Positions 9,869 through 18,749 of a stretch of 64,000 bases of DNA are shown here, piece by piece. A model generated the notes under the pieces. The model was given only the letters and a program-made list of their open reading frames with translations, had not been told where the DNA came from and searched no databases. The position numbers were made by a program, and so were the translations under genes. The stretch comes from Bacteroidales bacterium (GTDB lineage Bacteria; Bacteroidota; Bacteroidia; Bacteroidales; VadinHA17): NCBI GenBank assembly GCA_034004025.1, contig JAVEXM010000001.1, forward strand, positions 4,203 through 68,202. Direction: 5' to 3'. Numbering within the stretch: position 1 is the stretch's first letter; the number at the start of each line of letters is the position of its first letter.

Positions 9869-10034
9869 CAGTCGGCAGTCAGCAGTAGCAGTCGGCAGTC
9901 TGCAGTACCAGTCGGCAGTCAGCAGTACCAGTCGGCAGTCGGCAGTAGCAGTCGGCAGTAGCAGTCGGCAGTCAGCAGTACCAGTCGGCAGTCGGCAGTA
10001 GCAGTCGGCAGTCAGCAGTACCAGTCGGCAGTAG
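9856..10034. repeat. CAGT-core 6-7 nt microsatellite array, locus 2 (27 units)
   Basis: The units are cagtcgg (x12), cagtcag (x4), cagtctg (x1), cagtag (x6) and cagtac (x4). A 40-bp higher-order block (cagtcgg cagtcag cagtac cagtcgg cagtcgg cagtag) occurs at 9909-9948 and 9962-10001. The helicase TAG stop (9866-9868) lies inside unit 2. Confidence 0.9.
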
Positions 10035-10047
10035 TCGTTTCAGCGAC

Positions 10048-10113
10048 GAAATCGCAAATCGCACATCACAAATTCGTAAGTCAGACATCGCAAATCCCAA
10101 ATCGCAAATCCCT
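10048..10113. repeat. second heptamer array with an AAATC core (about 9 units)
   Basis: gaaatcg caaatcg cacatca caaattc gtaagtc agacatc gcaaatc ccaaatc gcaaatc. The 7-nt period holds throughout, and the array ends about 20 nt before the next ORF start. Confidence 0.8.
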
Positions 10114-10134
10114 TATGCTGCGGTTTGATTATAT

Positions 10135-11499
10135 TTGTGCTTTCTCCGACGGGTGGAAATCAATGAAAAACTAACATACCGCAGGATCTTCCTGTTCTGG
10201 AGCCCCCTGGCTCTTACATGGCTGATGATGGCTGTGGAGCAGCCGTTCCTGATTGCTTTTGTGGCCAGGCTGGCTGAAGCGAAGATCAATCTTGCGGCTT
10301 TCGGAATCGCAGGCTCCTTTGCCATGATCATCGAGGCCCCGATAATCATGCTGATGAGCGCCTCCACTGCTCTTGTCACGGGACGGCACTCATATCTGAA
10401 ACTAAAAAGGTTCACCGATATCCTGAATGCCGGTATCACCGGCGTGCAGCTTGTCATACTTATCCCGCCGGTATTCAGGTTCATTGTTACTGATCTCATG
10501 GGAGTGCCCGAGGATGTTGCCAGGCTGGCACACATCGCACTGATAATTTTCCTGCCGTGGGCCGCATCCATCGGTTACAGGAGGTTTTACCAGGGTATCC
10601 TGATCAGGTATAACCTTACAAGGCGGGTGACATATGGCACCATGGTCCGGCTTTCAGTCATTGTTATAATGGGACTGATCCTCTATTCTGCAGGAATAAA
10701 CGGGGCATACGTCGGCGCCGGGGCTATGTCGCTGGCGGTCCTGTGTGAAGCAATAGCAACCCGAATGATGGCTGCGGGAACGCTGAAGAGCCTGCTGCAG
10801 AAAGAGGATAGCGAGAACGGTCATATAGGACTCAGATCCATCACCAGGTTCTATTATCCGCTGGCTATCACCTCAATACTGTCTCTCGGGGTTCATCCCT
10901 TTGTCACCTTCTTCCTCGGAAGGAGCTATATGGCGGTGGAGTCGCTGGCCGTACTTCCGGTTGTCAGTTCGCTGGTATTCATCTTCAGGAGCATAGGACT
11001 GTCATACCAGGAGGTGAACATCGCCCTGATCGGGCGGCAAAAACAGAACTACGGCCTTTTGAGGAATTTTGCAGTCTATCTGGGGATTATAGTAACGGTG
11101 CTGGTCACCTTACTGGCCTTTACTCCTCTCGCTGACCTGTGGTTCATAAACATCTCGGGTCTTACCCAGGAGCTTGCCGATCTCTCATATCTTCCTCTTC
11201 AGATAATGATCCTACTGCCTGCTCTGACAATACTTCTTAATTTCCAGAGATCCCTTCTTATTATCAACGGGACCACGGGCCCGATATCTAAGGCTACGGC
11301 AGTGGAGCTCATCTCCATAATCGTTGTCCTGCTTGTGTGTGTGGTATTCCTGAACATGGCAGGGGTGGTCGCCGCCGCCATTGCATTTACGATCGGCAAG
11401 TGCATGTCAACACTTTACCTGGTACCCAGGCAGGCGGCTGCCGTTAAGGGATGGAAGGTATTATATCCCAGGGTATTTGCAGCAAGTAGTAATGCTTGA
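10135..11499 (+). CDS. polytopic membrane protein, MATE/MOP-flippase-superfamily-like
   Basis: 454 aa with about 12 hydrophobic segments. The N-terminal pattern (IFLFWSPLALTWLMMAVEQPFLIAFVARLAEAKINLAAFGIA) resembles MATE-type transporters. The start codon is uncertain (TTG at 10135). Confidence 0.5.
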   Translation: MCFLRRVEINEKLTYRRIFLFWSPLALTWLMMAVEQPFLIAFVARLAEAKINLAAFGIAGSFAMIIEAPIIMLMSASTALVTGRHSYLKLKRFTDILNAGITGVQLVILIPPVFRFIVTDLMGVPEDVARLAHIALIIFLPWAASIGYRRFYQGILIRYNLTRRVTYGTMVRLSVIVIMGLILYSAGINGAYVGAGAMSLAVLCEAIATRMMAAGTLKSLLQKEDSENGHIGLRSITRFYYPLAITSILSLGVHPFVTFFLGRSYMAVESLAVLPVVSSLVFIFRSIGLSYQEVNIALIGRQKQNYGLLRNFAVYLGIIVTVLVTLLAFTPLADLWFINISGLTQELADLSYLPLQIMILLPALTILLNFQRSLLIINGTTGPISKATAVELISIIVVLLVCVVFLNMAGVVAAAIAFTIGKCMSTLYLVPRQAAAVKGWKVLYPRVFAASSNA

Positions 11500-11582
11500 T
11501 TGTCTTCAGCACGACTGCGGATACTGAAATCCTGTTCCGTAGTATTACCGTTCCTGTGCGACGCGGGCCCTGAACCGTTCTG

Positions 11583-11999
11583 TTACTCTCCGATAATTTT
11601 TACCAGTATCCGTTTACGGCGCTTGCCGTCATATTCGCCGTAGAAGATCTGCTCCCAGGGGCCGAAGTCGAGCCTGCCTTCTGTTATGGCCACAACCACC
11701 TCACGCCCCATCAGCTGACGCTTCATGTGTGCATCGGCGTTGTCCTCAAAGCCGTTGTGCCGGTACTGTGAGTGAGGCTTCTCCGGTGCCAGCTTCTCAA
11801 GCCACACCTCGAAGTCGTGATGCAGTCCGCTCTCATCATCATTGATGAAGACGGAACTGGTTATATGCATCGCGTTGACCAGCACAAGGCCTTCCCTCAC
11901 GCCGCTTGCGGCCAGGCACTGTTCCACCTGGGGCGTGATGTTTATATAGTCTCTCCTGTTTGGGGTCTCAACCCACAGCTCTTTGCGGTATGACTTCAT
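11583..11999 (-). CDS. YjbQ/UPF0047 family protein (secondary thiamine-phosphate synthase-type)
   Basis: 138 aa. The sequence from INITPQV to [28 protein letters not shown] and on to [13 protein letters not shown] matches the family pattern. It overlaps the upstream gene by 4 nt. Confidence 0.8.
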   Translation of the reverse strand: MKSYRKELWVETPNRRDYINITPQVEQCLAASGVREGLVLVNAMHITSSVFINDDESGLHHDFEVWLEKLAPEKPHSQYRHNGFEDNADAHMKRQLMGREVVVAITEGRLDFGPWEQIFYGEYDGKRRKRILVKIIGE

Positions 12000-13729
12000 A
12001 GTTTCATGTCAGCTATTACATTGTCTATCCTCTTCTCCAGTCCCTGCCACAGCTCTTCAAACCGGGTTACATCACTCATCTCCGTGTTGGCACTGAAATA
12101 GAACTTTATCTTCGGCTCGGTGCCGGAAGGGCGGACAGATATTTTCGTTCCGTCGGCCAGGAAGAACTGCAGGACGTTTGACTTCTCCATATCGAGGGCT
12201 GTCTTTTTTCCGGTGACAAGGTCCGTTGACAGCAGTGCCAGGTAATCGTTGTACATGATCACTTTGCTGCCGGCTATCTCCTTCGGCGGGCTGTTGCGGA
12301 ATCCTTCCATCATGCCCTTTATCTCTGCTGCACCCTCGGCGCCCTTTCTCACAACATTAACCAGCTTCTCGCGGTAGAGTCCGTATTCTGCATAGATGTC
12401 GAGCAACAGCTCCCACAGCGACTTCCCGTTGTCATGTGCCCATGCAGCTGCCTCGGCAATAAGGGTGATGGCTGATACACCATCCTTGTCGCGCACATAG
12501 TCGCCGGCCAGGTAGCCGAAGCTCTCCTCTCCGCCGCCGATATACTTCTCCCTGCCCTCGAGATCGCGCATCAGCTCGGCAAAGAACTTGAAGCCTGTCA
12601 GCACCCTGTACGACTTCACCCCGTTCCTGCCTGCTATGCCTCCCAGGAGGTCAGAGGTGACGATGGTATAAATAATGTACTCATTGCCCCTGAGCTCCCC
12701 GTTCTGTTTCTTCTGCGAGATAATGTACCAGGTGAGCAGTGCGCCGGTCTGGTTTCCGTTGAGAAGGATAAACTCACCCGAGGGTTTTCTGACGGCCACA
12801 CCCAGACGGTCGCCGTCGGGGTCAGTGGCCATGACCAGGTCGGCTCCCTTTTCCTTTGCCAGCGCCACAGCCATGGATAGTGCGTCGGGATCTTCAGGGT
12901 TGGGGGAACGGACCGTCGGGAAATTTCCGTCGGGCACCGACTGTTCCTTCACTGTGTGTACGTTGGTGAAGCCGTACATGGCAAGTGCCTCGGGGACAAT
13001 TTTATATCCGGTCCCGTGCAGGGGCGTATAGACAATCCCGATGTCATGATGGCGTCTGATCACATCGGGGTTGATGCTGAGAGCCTTAACGGCATCAAGA
13101 TATTTTTTGTCTGTCTCCTCACCAAGCATAATGATCCGTGATTCATCGCCTCCGGTTTTTATATCGCTCACGGATCTGATAGTGCGGACCTCTTCTATAA
13201 TACCCTTGTCATGCGGCGAGACCACCTGTCCGCCGTCGTTCCACGACACCTTGTAGCCGTTGTACTCTTTCGGGTTGTGTGAGGCGGTGATGTTGACCCC
13301 GCCGTCGCATCCGTAGAGTCTTATGGCGTATGAGAGTTCTGGCGTCGGCCTGAGCGACTCGAAGAGGTATGCGGTAAAGCCATTGGCAGTGAAGATATCG
13401 GCTGCCACCCTGGCGAAGTAGCTGCTGTTGTTGCGGCAGTCGTGGGCGATAGCCACCTTGATTGCCGAAGGGTTGGCAGCATGTTTCTTAAGGTAGTTTG
13501 CAAAACCCTGGGTAGCCATGCCGAGCGTATAGCGGTTCATCCTGTTGGTGCCGGCGCCCATGATGCCGCGCAGTCCGCCGGTGCCGAACTCAAGATCCTG
13601 GTAGAAGGCATCGATGAGTCCCTTCTCATCATTTTCAAGCAGGTTCTGCACCTCCCTGCGTGTAGTTTCGTCAAACTCTTCTCCGAGCCAGGCAGTGGCT
13701 CTTTTCCTGATTTCGTCGATGTTGATCAT
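11996..13729 (-). CDS. phosphoglucomutase/phosphomannomutase family phospho-sugar mutase
   Basis: 577 aa with the active-site [13 protein letters not shown] and the metal loop [10 protein letters not shown]. Confidence 0.9.
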   Translation of the reverse strand: MINIDEIRKRATAWLGEEFDETTRREVQNLLENDEKGLIDAFYQDLEFGTGGLRGIMGAGTNRMNRYTLGMATQGFANYLKKHAANPSAIKVAIAHDCRNNSSYFARVAADIFTANGFTAYLFESLRPTPELSYAIRLYGCDGGVNITASHNPKEYNGYKVSWNDGGQVVSPHDKGIIEEVRTIRSVSDIKTGGDESRIIMLGEETDKKYLDAVKALSINPDVIRRHHDIGIVYTPLHGTGYKIVPEALAMYGFTNVHTVKEQSVPDGNFPTVRSPNPEDPDALSMAVALAKEKGADLVMATDPDGDRLGVAVRKPSGEFILLNGNQTGALLTWYIISQKKQNGELRGNEYIIYTIVTSDLLGGIAGRNGVKSYRVLTGFKFFAELMRDLEGREKYIGGGEESFGYLAGDYVRDKDGVSAITLIAEAAAWAHDNGKSLWELLLDIYAEYGLYREKLVNVVRKGAEGAAEIKGMMEGFRNSPPKEIAGSKVIMYNDYLALLSTDLVTGKKTALDMEKSNVLQFFLADGTKISVRPSGTEPKIKFYFSANTEMSDVTRFEELWQGLEKRIDNVIADMKL

Positions 13730-14598
13730 ATTCGGTTGATTTTTGTGATGCAGTTGTTAAGGCTGGTGCGCCAGTGGGGTATGGTAAGGTTATAGTGTTC
13801 CCTGATCTTGCTCTTGTCGAGCACGCTGTAGGCAGGTCGTATAACCTTTGACGGAAACTGTGAGCTCCTTACCGGTATTACTTCACATGCTGATCCGGCG
13901 GCTGCCACGATCTCCGCTGCCAGGTCATACCAGCTGCAGACCCCCTCATTGGAGTAGTTGAAGATGCCGGGCACGAAGAGGTGCCTGTTCTGAATGACCC
14001 CGCTGATGATGTCAAGGATTGCTGCTGCGAGGTCTGCCGCATATGTCGGTGACCCCACCTGGTCGAATACCACGCTGATGCTCTCTTCCGACCCTGCCTT
14101 TCGCAGTATGGTTCTGACAAAATTGCTGCCATAGGAGGAGTAGAGCCAGGAGGTGCGGATGATAAGGGTATGGGGCCATCCCATGGCTGCCCTCTCGCCG
14201 GCAAGCTTGCTGCGGCCGTAGGCTGAGACAGGGGAGGGTATGTCATCCTCGGACCAGGGCACCGGGCTGCTGCCGTCAAAGACATAATCGGTCGATATCT
14301 GTATCAGCCTGCAGTCGGTTCCCGTGAGGGCGCTGACGATATTCTCAACACCCTTGCCGTTGATGAGTGTTGCAGCCTCCTCTTCATCCTCGGCCCTGTC
14401 AACGGCGGTCCATGCCGCACAGTTGACTATCCAGGAGGGGTCCTGCTCAGCGATGAATGAAGATGTCGCATCACGATTGGTGATATCGAGTTCGGCCATG
14501 TCGGTAAAGACGAAATTGTAGCCGCTGTAGCGGGCAGATCTCTCTCTTATCTCGCTGCCGAGCTGTCCGGATGCGCCGGTCACCAGAATGGTTGTCAT
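13726..14598 (-). CDS. rfbD: dTDP-4-dehydrorhamnose reductase
   Basis: 290 aa with the Rossmann motif VTGASGQLGSE and STDYVFDG. It sits in rfb context and overlaps both neighbours by 4 nt. Confidence 0.85.
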   Translation of the reverse strand: MTTILVTGASGQLGSEIRERSARYSGYNFVFTDMAELDITNRDATSSFIAEQDPSWIVNCAAWTAVDRAEDEEEAATLINGKGVENIVSALTGTDCRLIQISTDYVFDGSSPVPWSEDDIPSPVSAYGRSKLAGERAAMGWPHTLIIRTSWLYSSYGSNFVRTILRKAGSEESISVVFDQVGSPTYAADLAAAILDIISGVIQNRHLFVPGIFNYSNEGVCSWYDLAAEIVAAAGSACEVIPVRSSQFPSKVIRPAYSVLDKSKIREHYNLTIPHWRTSLNNCITKINRI

Positions 14599-15155
14599 TC
14601 ACTAAAGATAAAGTTTGTTTTGATATCCCTGAAGAGCGGTTGCTTTAAATCTTTAGGGCTTATTATCTCGCTGCCTTTTTCTATCATCCAGTTGATGCCG
14701 AGGGCGGGGTCCATGGCGTTTATGCCTCCCTCATGTGCCATAGAATAGTTATTGTCGCACTTGTACAGCACGATGGCCTTTTCGCTCAGTACTGAGAAGC
14801 CGTGTGCAAAACCCTTGGGTATCAGGAACTGCAGCTTCTTTTCCGAGTCTATGATCAGTCCGTACCACTTGCCGAAGGTGGGGGAGCCCCTGCGGAGGTC
14901 AAGGGCCACGTCATAGATGCGTCCTTCGATGACCCTGATCAGTTTTGCCTGCGCGAACGGCTCTTCCTGGTAGTGCAGTCCGCGTATGACGCCGGCCGAA
15001 GAGCTTGATTCGTTATCCTGTACCGGCTCATAGACCACTCCGTTATCGCTGAATTTGCGTTTGTTGTAACTCTCGAAGAAGTAGCCTCGCGGATCATTGA
15101 AGACATCAGGCTCAATTATCAGGAGTCCGGGGAATTCAGTTTTGTGTACTCTCAT
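14595..15155 (-). CDS. rfbC: dTDP-4-dehydrorhamnose 3,5-epimerase
   Basis: 186 aa cupin protein with RGLHYQ and GFAHGF motifs. Confidence 0.9.
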   Translation of the reverse strand: MRVHKTEFPGLLIIEPDVFNDPRGYFFESYNKRKFSDNGVVYEPVQDNESSSSAGVIRGLHYQEEPFAQAKLIRVIEGRIYDVALDLRRGSPTFGKWYGLIIDSEKKLQFLIPKGFAHGFSVLSEKAIVLYKCDNNYSMAHEGGINAMDPALGINWMIEKGSEIISPKDLKQPLFRDIKTNFIFSE

Positions 15156-15156
15156 C

Positions 15157-16029
15157 TCAGTTCTGGTCGTTTGCCATCTTGAGCAGGTACTGGCCGTACT
15201 GGCTCTTTGCCAGGGGTTTGGCCAGCTCCAGCAGCTGTTCTTTGCTGATGAAGCCGCTCTTGTAGGCTATCTCCTCGATGCAGGAGGCACTCAGTCCCTG
15301 CCTCTGTTCGAGGGTTGCTATGAAGTTGGATGCCTGCAGCAGGCTGTCGAAGGTTCCCGTGTCGAGCCATGCTATCCCGCGTCCAAGGAGTTTCACCTCC
15401 AGCAGACCCTCTTCAAGATAGAGCCTGTTGAGGTCTGTGATCTCCAGCTCGCCGCGTGGGGAGGGCTTCAGTCCGCGGGCCCGTGATGCCACGGTGTTGT
15501 CATAAAAGTAAAGTCCGGTTACGGCATAGTTCGATTTCGGCTTCTGCGGTTTCTCCTCAATGCTCACAGCCCTGTAACTGTCGTCGAATTCGACGACGCC
15601 GTAACGCTCCGGGTCGTTCACGGCATAACCGAATACCGCGGCACCCTTTTTAAGGGTGGCTGCCTCCCTGAGTATGGTGCCGAAACCATGGCCGTAGAAG
15701 ATATTGTCACCAAGGATCATGCATACATTGTCGTTGCCAATGAAATCCTCCCCGATGATAAATGCCTGCGCCAGCCCGTCGGGTGAGGGCTGCTCGCGGT
15801 ACGAGAAATGCATGCCCAGCCTGGAGCCGTCGCCCAGCAGGGAGCGGAAGCTCGGAAGGTCGCGAGGTGTTGAAATAAGCAGTATATCCCTTATCCCCGC
15901 CAGCATCAGCGCCGAGAGCGGGTAATATATCATCGGCTTGTCATAGACGGGCAGCAACTGCTTGGAAACGGCCTCGGTAATGGGGTGAAGCCGTGTGCCG
16001 GCGCCGCCGGCAAGAATAATCCCCTTCAT
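15157..16029 (-). CDS. rfbA: glucose-1-phosphate thymidylyltransferase
   Basis: 290 aa. N-terminal [18 protein letters not shown]...[17 protein letters not shown]. Confidence 0.9.
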   Translation of the reverse strand: MKGIILAGGAGTRLHPITEAVSKQLLPVYDKPMIYYPLSALMLAGIRDILLISTPRDLPSFRSLLGDGSRLGMHFSYREQPSPDGLAQAFIIGEDFIGNDNVCMILGDNIFYGHGFGTILREAATLKKGAAVFGYAVNDPERYGVVEFDDSYRAVSIEEKPQKPKSNYAVTGLYFYDNTVASRARGLKPSPRGELEITDLNRLYLEEGLLEVKLLGRGIAWLDTGTFDSLLQASNFIATLEQRQGLSASCIEEIAYKSGFISKEQLLELAKPLAKSQYGQYLLKMANDQN

Positions 16030-16167
16030 CAGTAAAATATTTAGTTATACAAAAGACAAAAATAGAAAAAAGGAGCAATCTGAACGTTTAACGTCCGTCA
16101 TCGGATCCTGTTAATTCTTAACGTCTGAAAATCTGCTTATTGTTCATTTGCTAAATAAAAAATTTGC

Positions 16168-16175
16168 TATCTTTG
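16168..16175 (+). promoter_or_regulatory. Bacteroidota -7 promoter motif (TAnnTTTG) upstream of rpsA
   Basis: TATCTTTG at 16168-16175, with a TTTG at 16147-16150 as a possible -33 element. It lies 59 nt upstream of the ATG at 16234. Confidence 0.5.
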
Positions 16176-16233
16176 CAAGCAATTTTCAAACAACATAATG
16201 TCTAACTTATTAATTGTCAACTAATTTATTGAA

Positions 16234-18366
16234 ATGAGTGAAAACAAGGAAAAGGTCGAAAACAAAGAAAATGAAGACCTTAATTTAACAGAGAGCGGAG
16301 CTGAGAATAAGGGCACAGAAGAGGTTGCCGCGGAATCAACAACTGAAGAGGTGTCCGAAGAATCAACAACCGAAGAGGTTGCCGCAGAATCAGCACCCGA
16401 AGAGGTTGCTGCAGAATCAACAACCGAAGAGGTTGCCGCAGAATCAGCACCCGAAGAGGTGGTTACTGAGTCGGCAGGCGAGATGGTTGAAGAAGAGAAA
16501 CCCATCCTGAAGGAAAAGAAAGAAAAAAAGGTGAAGGCTGGAGATGCTGATGCTGCGGTAGCAGCGGCAGCAGCGGCGGCATCACCTGAAGAATTTGACT
16601 GGGACGCCTATGAAAAAGGAGGCTTCACGGCGCAGTCGAGCCGTGCTGACCAGGAGAAGCTCTACGAAGAGACTCTCTCAACAGTGGCTGTTGACGAGGT
16701 TGTCGAGGGCAAAGTGATCTCGATGAACAACCGCGAGGTAGTTATCAACATCGGGCAGAAGTCCGAGGGTGTTGTCAGTCTGAACGAATTCCGCTACAAT
16801 CCCGACCTCAAGGTTGGAGATATGGTGGAGGTTTATGTCGACAGCCAGGAAGACAAGAGGGGGCAGCTCGTTCTCTCGCACAAGAAGGCCAGGGCTTACA
16901 ATTCCTGGGACAGGGTCAACTCGGCCCTTGAGAACAATGAGATCATCACCGGTTACATCAAGTGCCGCACAAAGGGCGGTATGATTGTAGATGTCTTCGG
17001 CATAGAGTCGTTCCTGCCGGGTTCGCAGATAGATGTCAAGCCCATACGCGACTATGACGTCTATGTTGGCAAGACCATGGAGTTCAAGGTTGTAAAGATC
17101 AACCAGGAGTTCAAGAACGTTGTTGTTTCGCACAAGGCTCTCATTGAGGCCGAGCTTGAGCAGCAGAAGAAGGAGATCATCTCCAAGCTTGAAAAGGGAC
17201 AGGTCCTCGAGGGTACTGTCAAGAACATCACCTCCTACGGTGTATTCATTGATCTGGGCGGCGTTGACGGGCTCATTCACATCACCGATCTTTCATGGGG
17301 CAGGGTCAACCATCCCGAGGAGATTGTACAGCTTGACCAGAAGCTGAATGTGGTTATACTTGACTTTGATGACGACAAGAAGCGGATAGCTCTCGGGCTG
17401 AAGCAGCTTACGCCTCATCCGTGGGATTCGCTCAGTGAGACACTCAAGGTTGGTGACACCGTCAAGGGCAAGGTTGTTGTGATGGCCGATTACGGTGCCT
17501 TTGTAGAGATCACCACCGGTGTTGAGGGGCTCATTCATGTCTCTGAGATGTCATGGTCACAGCATCTTCGCAGTGCCCAGGAGTTCATGAAGGTAGGCGA
17601 CGAGGTTGATGCGGTGATACTCACCCTCGACCGTGAAGAGCGCAAGATGTCTCTGGGCATCAAGCAGCTTAAGCCCGACCCGTGGCAGAATATCGAACAG
17701 AAGTACAGCCTCAATTCGCGTCATAAGGCACGTGTCCGTAACTTCACCAACTTCGGCGTCTTTGTTGAGATTGAAGAGGGTGTCGACGGTCTGATACATA
17801 TTTCAGACCTCTCCTGGACAAAGAAGATCAAGCATCCTGCTGAGTTTACCTCCATTGATGCGGAGATCGATGTGGTTGTTCTTGAGATCGACAAGGATAA
17901 CAGGAGGCTCAGCCTGGGCCACAAGCAGCTCGAGGAGAACCCCTGGGACGTGTTCGAGGATCTCTTTACCGTTGATTCGGTGCATGAGGGAACAATAATT
18001 GAACTGTTTGACAAGGGTGCCATTATAGCTCTTCCTTACGGTGTTGAGGGGTTTGCAACTCCCAAGCACCTGGTCAAGGAAGACGGCACGGCAGCTGCCG
18101 CTGACGAGAAGCTCGATTTCAAGGTAATAGAGTTCAACAAGGGTGCCAAGAAGATCATCGTGTCACACAGCCGTATATATGAGGACGTGAAGAAGGGTAC
18201 CGAGACCGCATCAAAGAGGTCGGAGGCAGAAAATACAAGGAAGGCAACCCGCAAGATCAAGTCCAGTCTTGAGAAGACAACGCTCGGAGACATCAGTGAA
18301 CTGGCGGCCCTGAAGGAAGAGATGGAAGAAAAAGAGGCCAGAAGTATAGGTAAAAAGAAAAAATAA
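16234..18366 (+). CDS. rpsA: 30S ribosomal protein S1 with an acidic repeat-containing N-terminal extension
   Basis: 710 aa. From about aa 125 (EEFDWDAYEKGG...) it reads as a canonical six-S1-domain protein. The N-terminal 120 aa or so are extra. Confidence 0.9.
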   Translation: MSENKEKVENKENEDLNLTESGAENKGTEEVAAESTTEEVSEESTTEEVAAESAPEEVAAESTTEEVAAESAPEEVVTESAGEMVEEEKPILKEKKEKKVKAGDADAAVAAAAAAASPEEFDWDAYEKGGFTAQSSRADQEKLYEETLSTVAVDEVVEGKVISMNNREVVINIGQKSEGVVSLNEFRYNPDLKVGDMVEVYVDSQEDKRGQLVLSHKKARAYNSWDRVNSALENNEIITGYIKCRTKGGMIVDVFGIESFLPGSQIDVKPIRDYDVYVGKTMEFKVVKINQEFKNVVVSHKALIEAELEQQKKEIISKLEKGQVLEGTVKNITSYGVFIDLGGVDGLIHITDLSWGRVNHPEEIVQLDQKLNVVILDFDDDKKRIALGLKQLTPHPWDSLSETLKVGDTVKGKVVVMADYGAFVEITTGVEGLIHVSEMSWSQHLRSAQEFMKVGDEVDAVILTLDREERKMSLGIKQLKPDPWQNIEQKYSLNSRHKARVRNFTNFGVFVEIEEGVDGLIHISDLSWTKKIKHPAEFTSIDAEIDVVVLEIDKDNRRLSLGHKQLEENPWDVFEDLFTVDSVHEGTIIELFDKGAIIALPYGVEGFATPKHLVKEDGTAAAADEKLDFKVIEFNKGAKKIIVSHSRIYEDVKKGTETASKRSEAENTRKATRKIKSSLEKTTLGDISELAALKEEMEEKEARSIGKKKK
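16318..16479 (+). repeat. in-frame 27-bp x6 tandem repeat (EEVAAESTT / EEVAAESAP units) inside the rpsA 5' region
   Basis: Six consecutive 9-aa units, EEVAAESTT EEVSEESTT EEVAAESAP EEVAAESTT EEVAAESAP EEVVTESAG, parsed by hand from 16318. Confidence 0.9.
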
Positions 18367-18396
18367 CCTTACATTTAGTTGCCAAAATAATCAGCC

Positions 18397-18735
18397 ATGG
18401 ACTTTAACATTGAGAACAAGAAACAGTGCACGGTTATCAGTATCGAGACAGAGAAGCTTGATACTCATATCGCCCCCTCGCTCAAATCAGAACTGGTGCT
18501 CATCTCCGGCAAGGGAGAGAGAAACATCATTCTTGATCTGCAGAAATGTCAGTATTGTGATTCATCAGGTCTGAGTGCCATCCTGGTGGCAAACAGGCTC
18601 TGCAAGAATGCAGGCGGCACCTTTGTGCTGTGCGGCCTCAACGAGGCTGTAGAGCGGCTGATAACCATTTCACAGCTTGACACTGTGCTTTCAATTACAG
18701 CAGATATCGAGGAAGCAGAGAAGATCATCTCCTGA
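18397..18735 (+). CDS. STAS domain protein (anti-sigma-factor-antagonist-like)
   Basis: 112 aa. The segment LDLQKCQYCDSSGLSAIL contains the conserved phosphorylatable-Ser context. Confidence 0.8.
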   Translation: MDFNIENKKQCTVISIETEKLDTHIAPSLKSELVLISGKGERNIILDLQKCQYCDSSGLSAILVANRLCKNAGGTFVLCGLNEAVERLITISQLDTVLSITADIEEAEKIIS

Positions 18736-18749
18736 TGCCGGGCGGCAGA

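Noticed and set aside
9856-10113. The repeat arrays at 1.5 kb, 9.9 kb and 52 kb read as CRISPR arrays
   Set aside because: The units are 6-7 nt and directly abut one another with no unique spacers. CRISPR repeats are several times longer and are separated by unique spacers of similar length. No cas genes are present in the window.
16221-16505. A 94-aa minus-strand ORF antisense to the rpsA 5' repeat region
   Set aside because: It is a shadow ORF generated by the GAA/GAG-rich 27-bp repeats of the sense strand. The sense frame continues into an unmistakable S1 protein.
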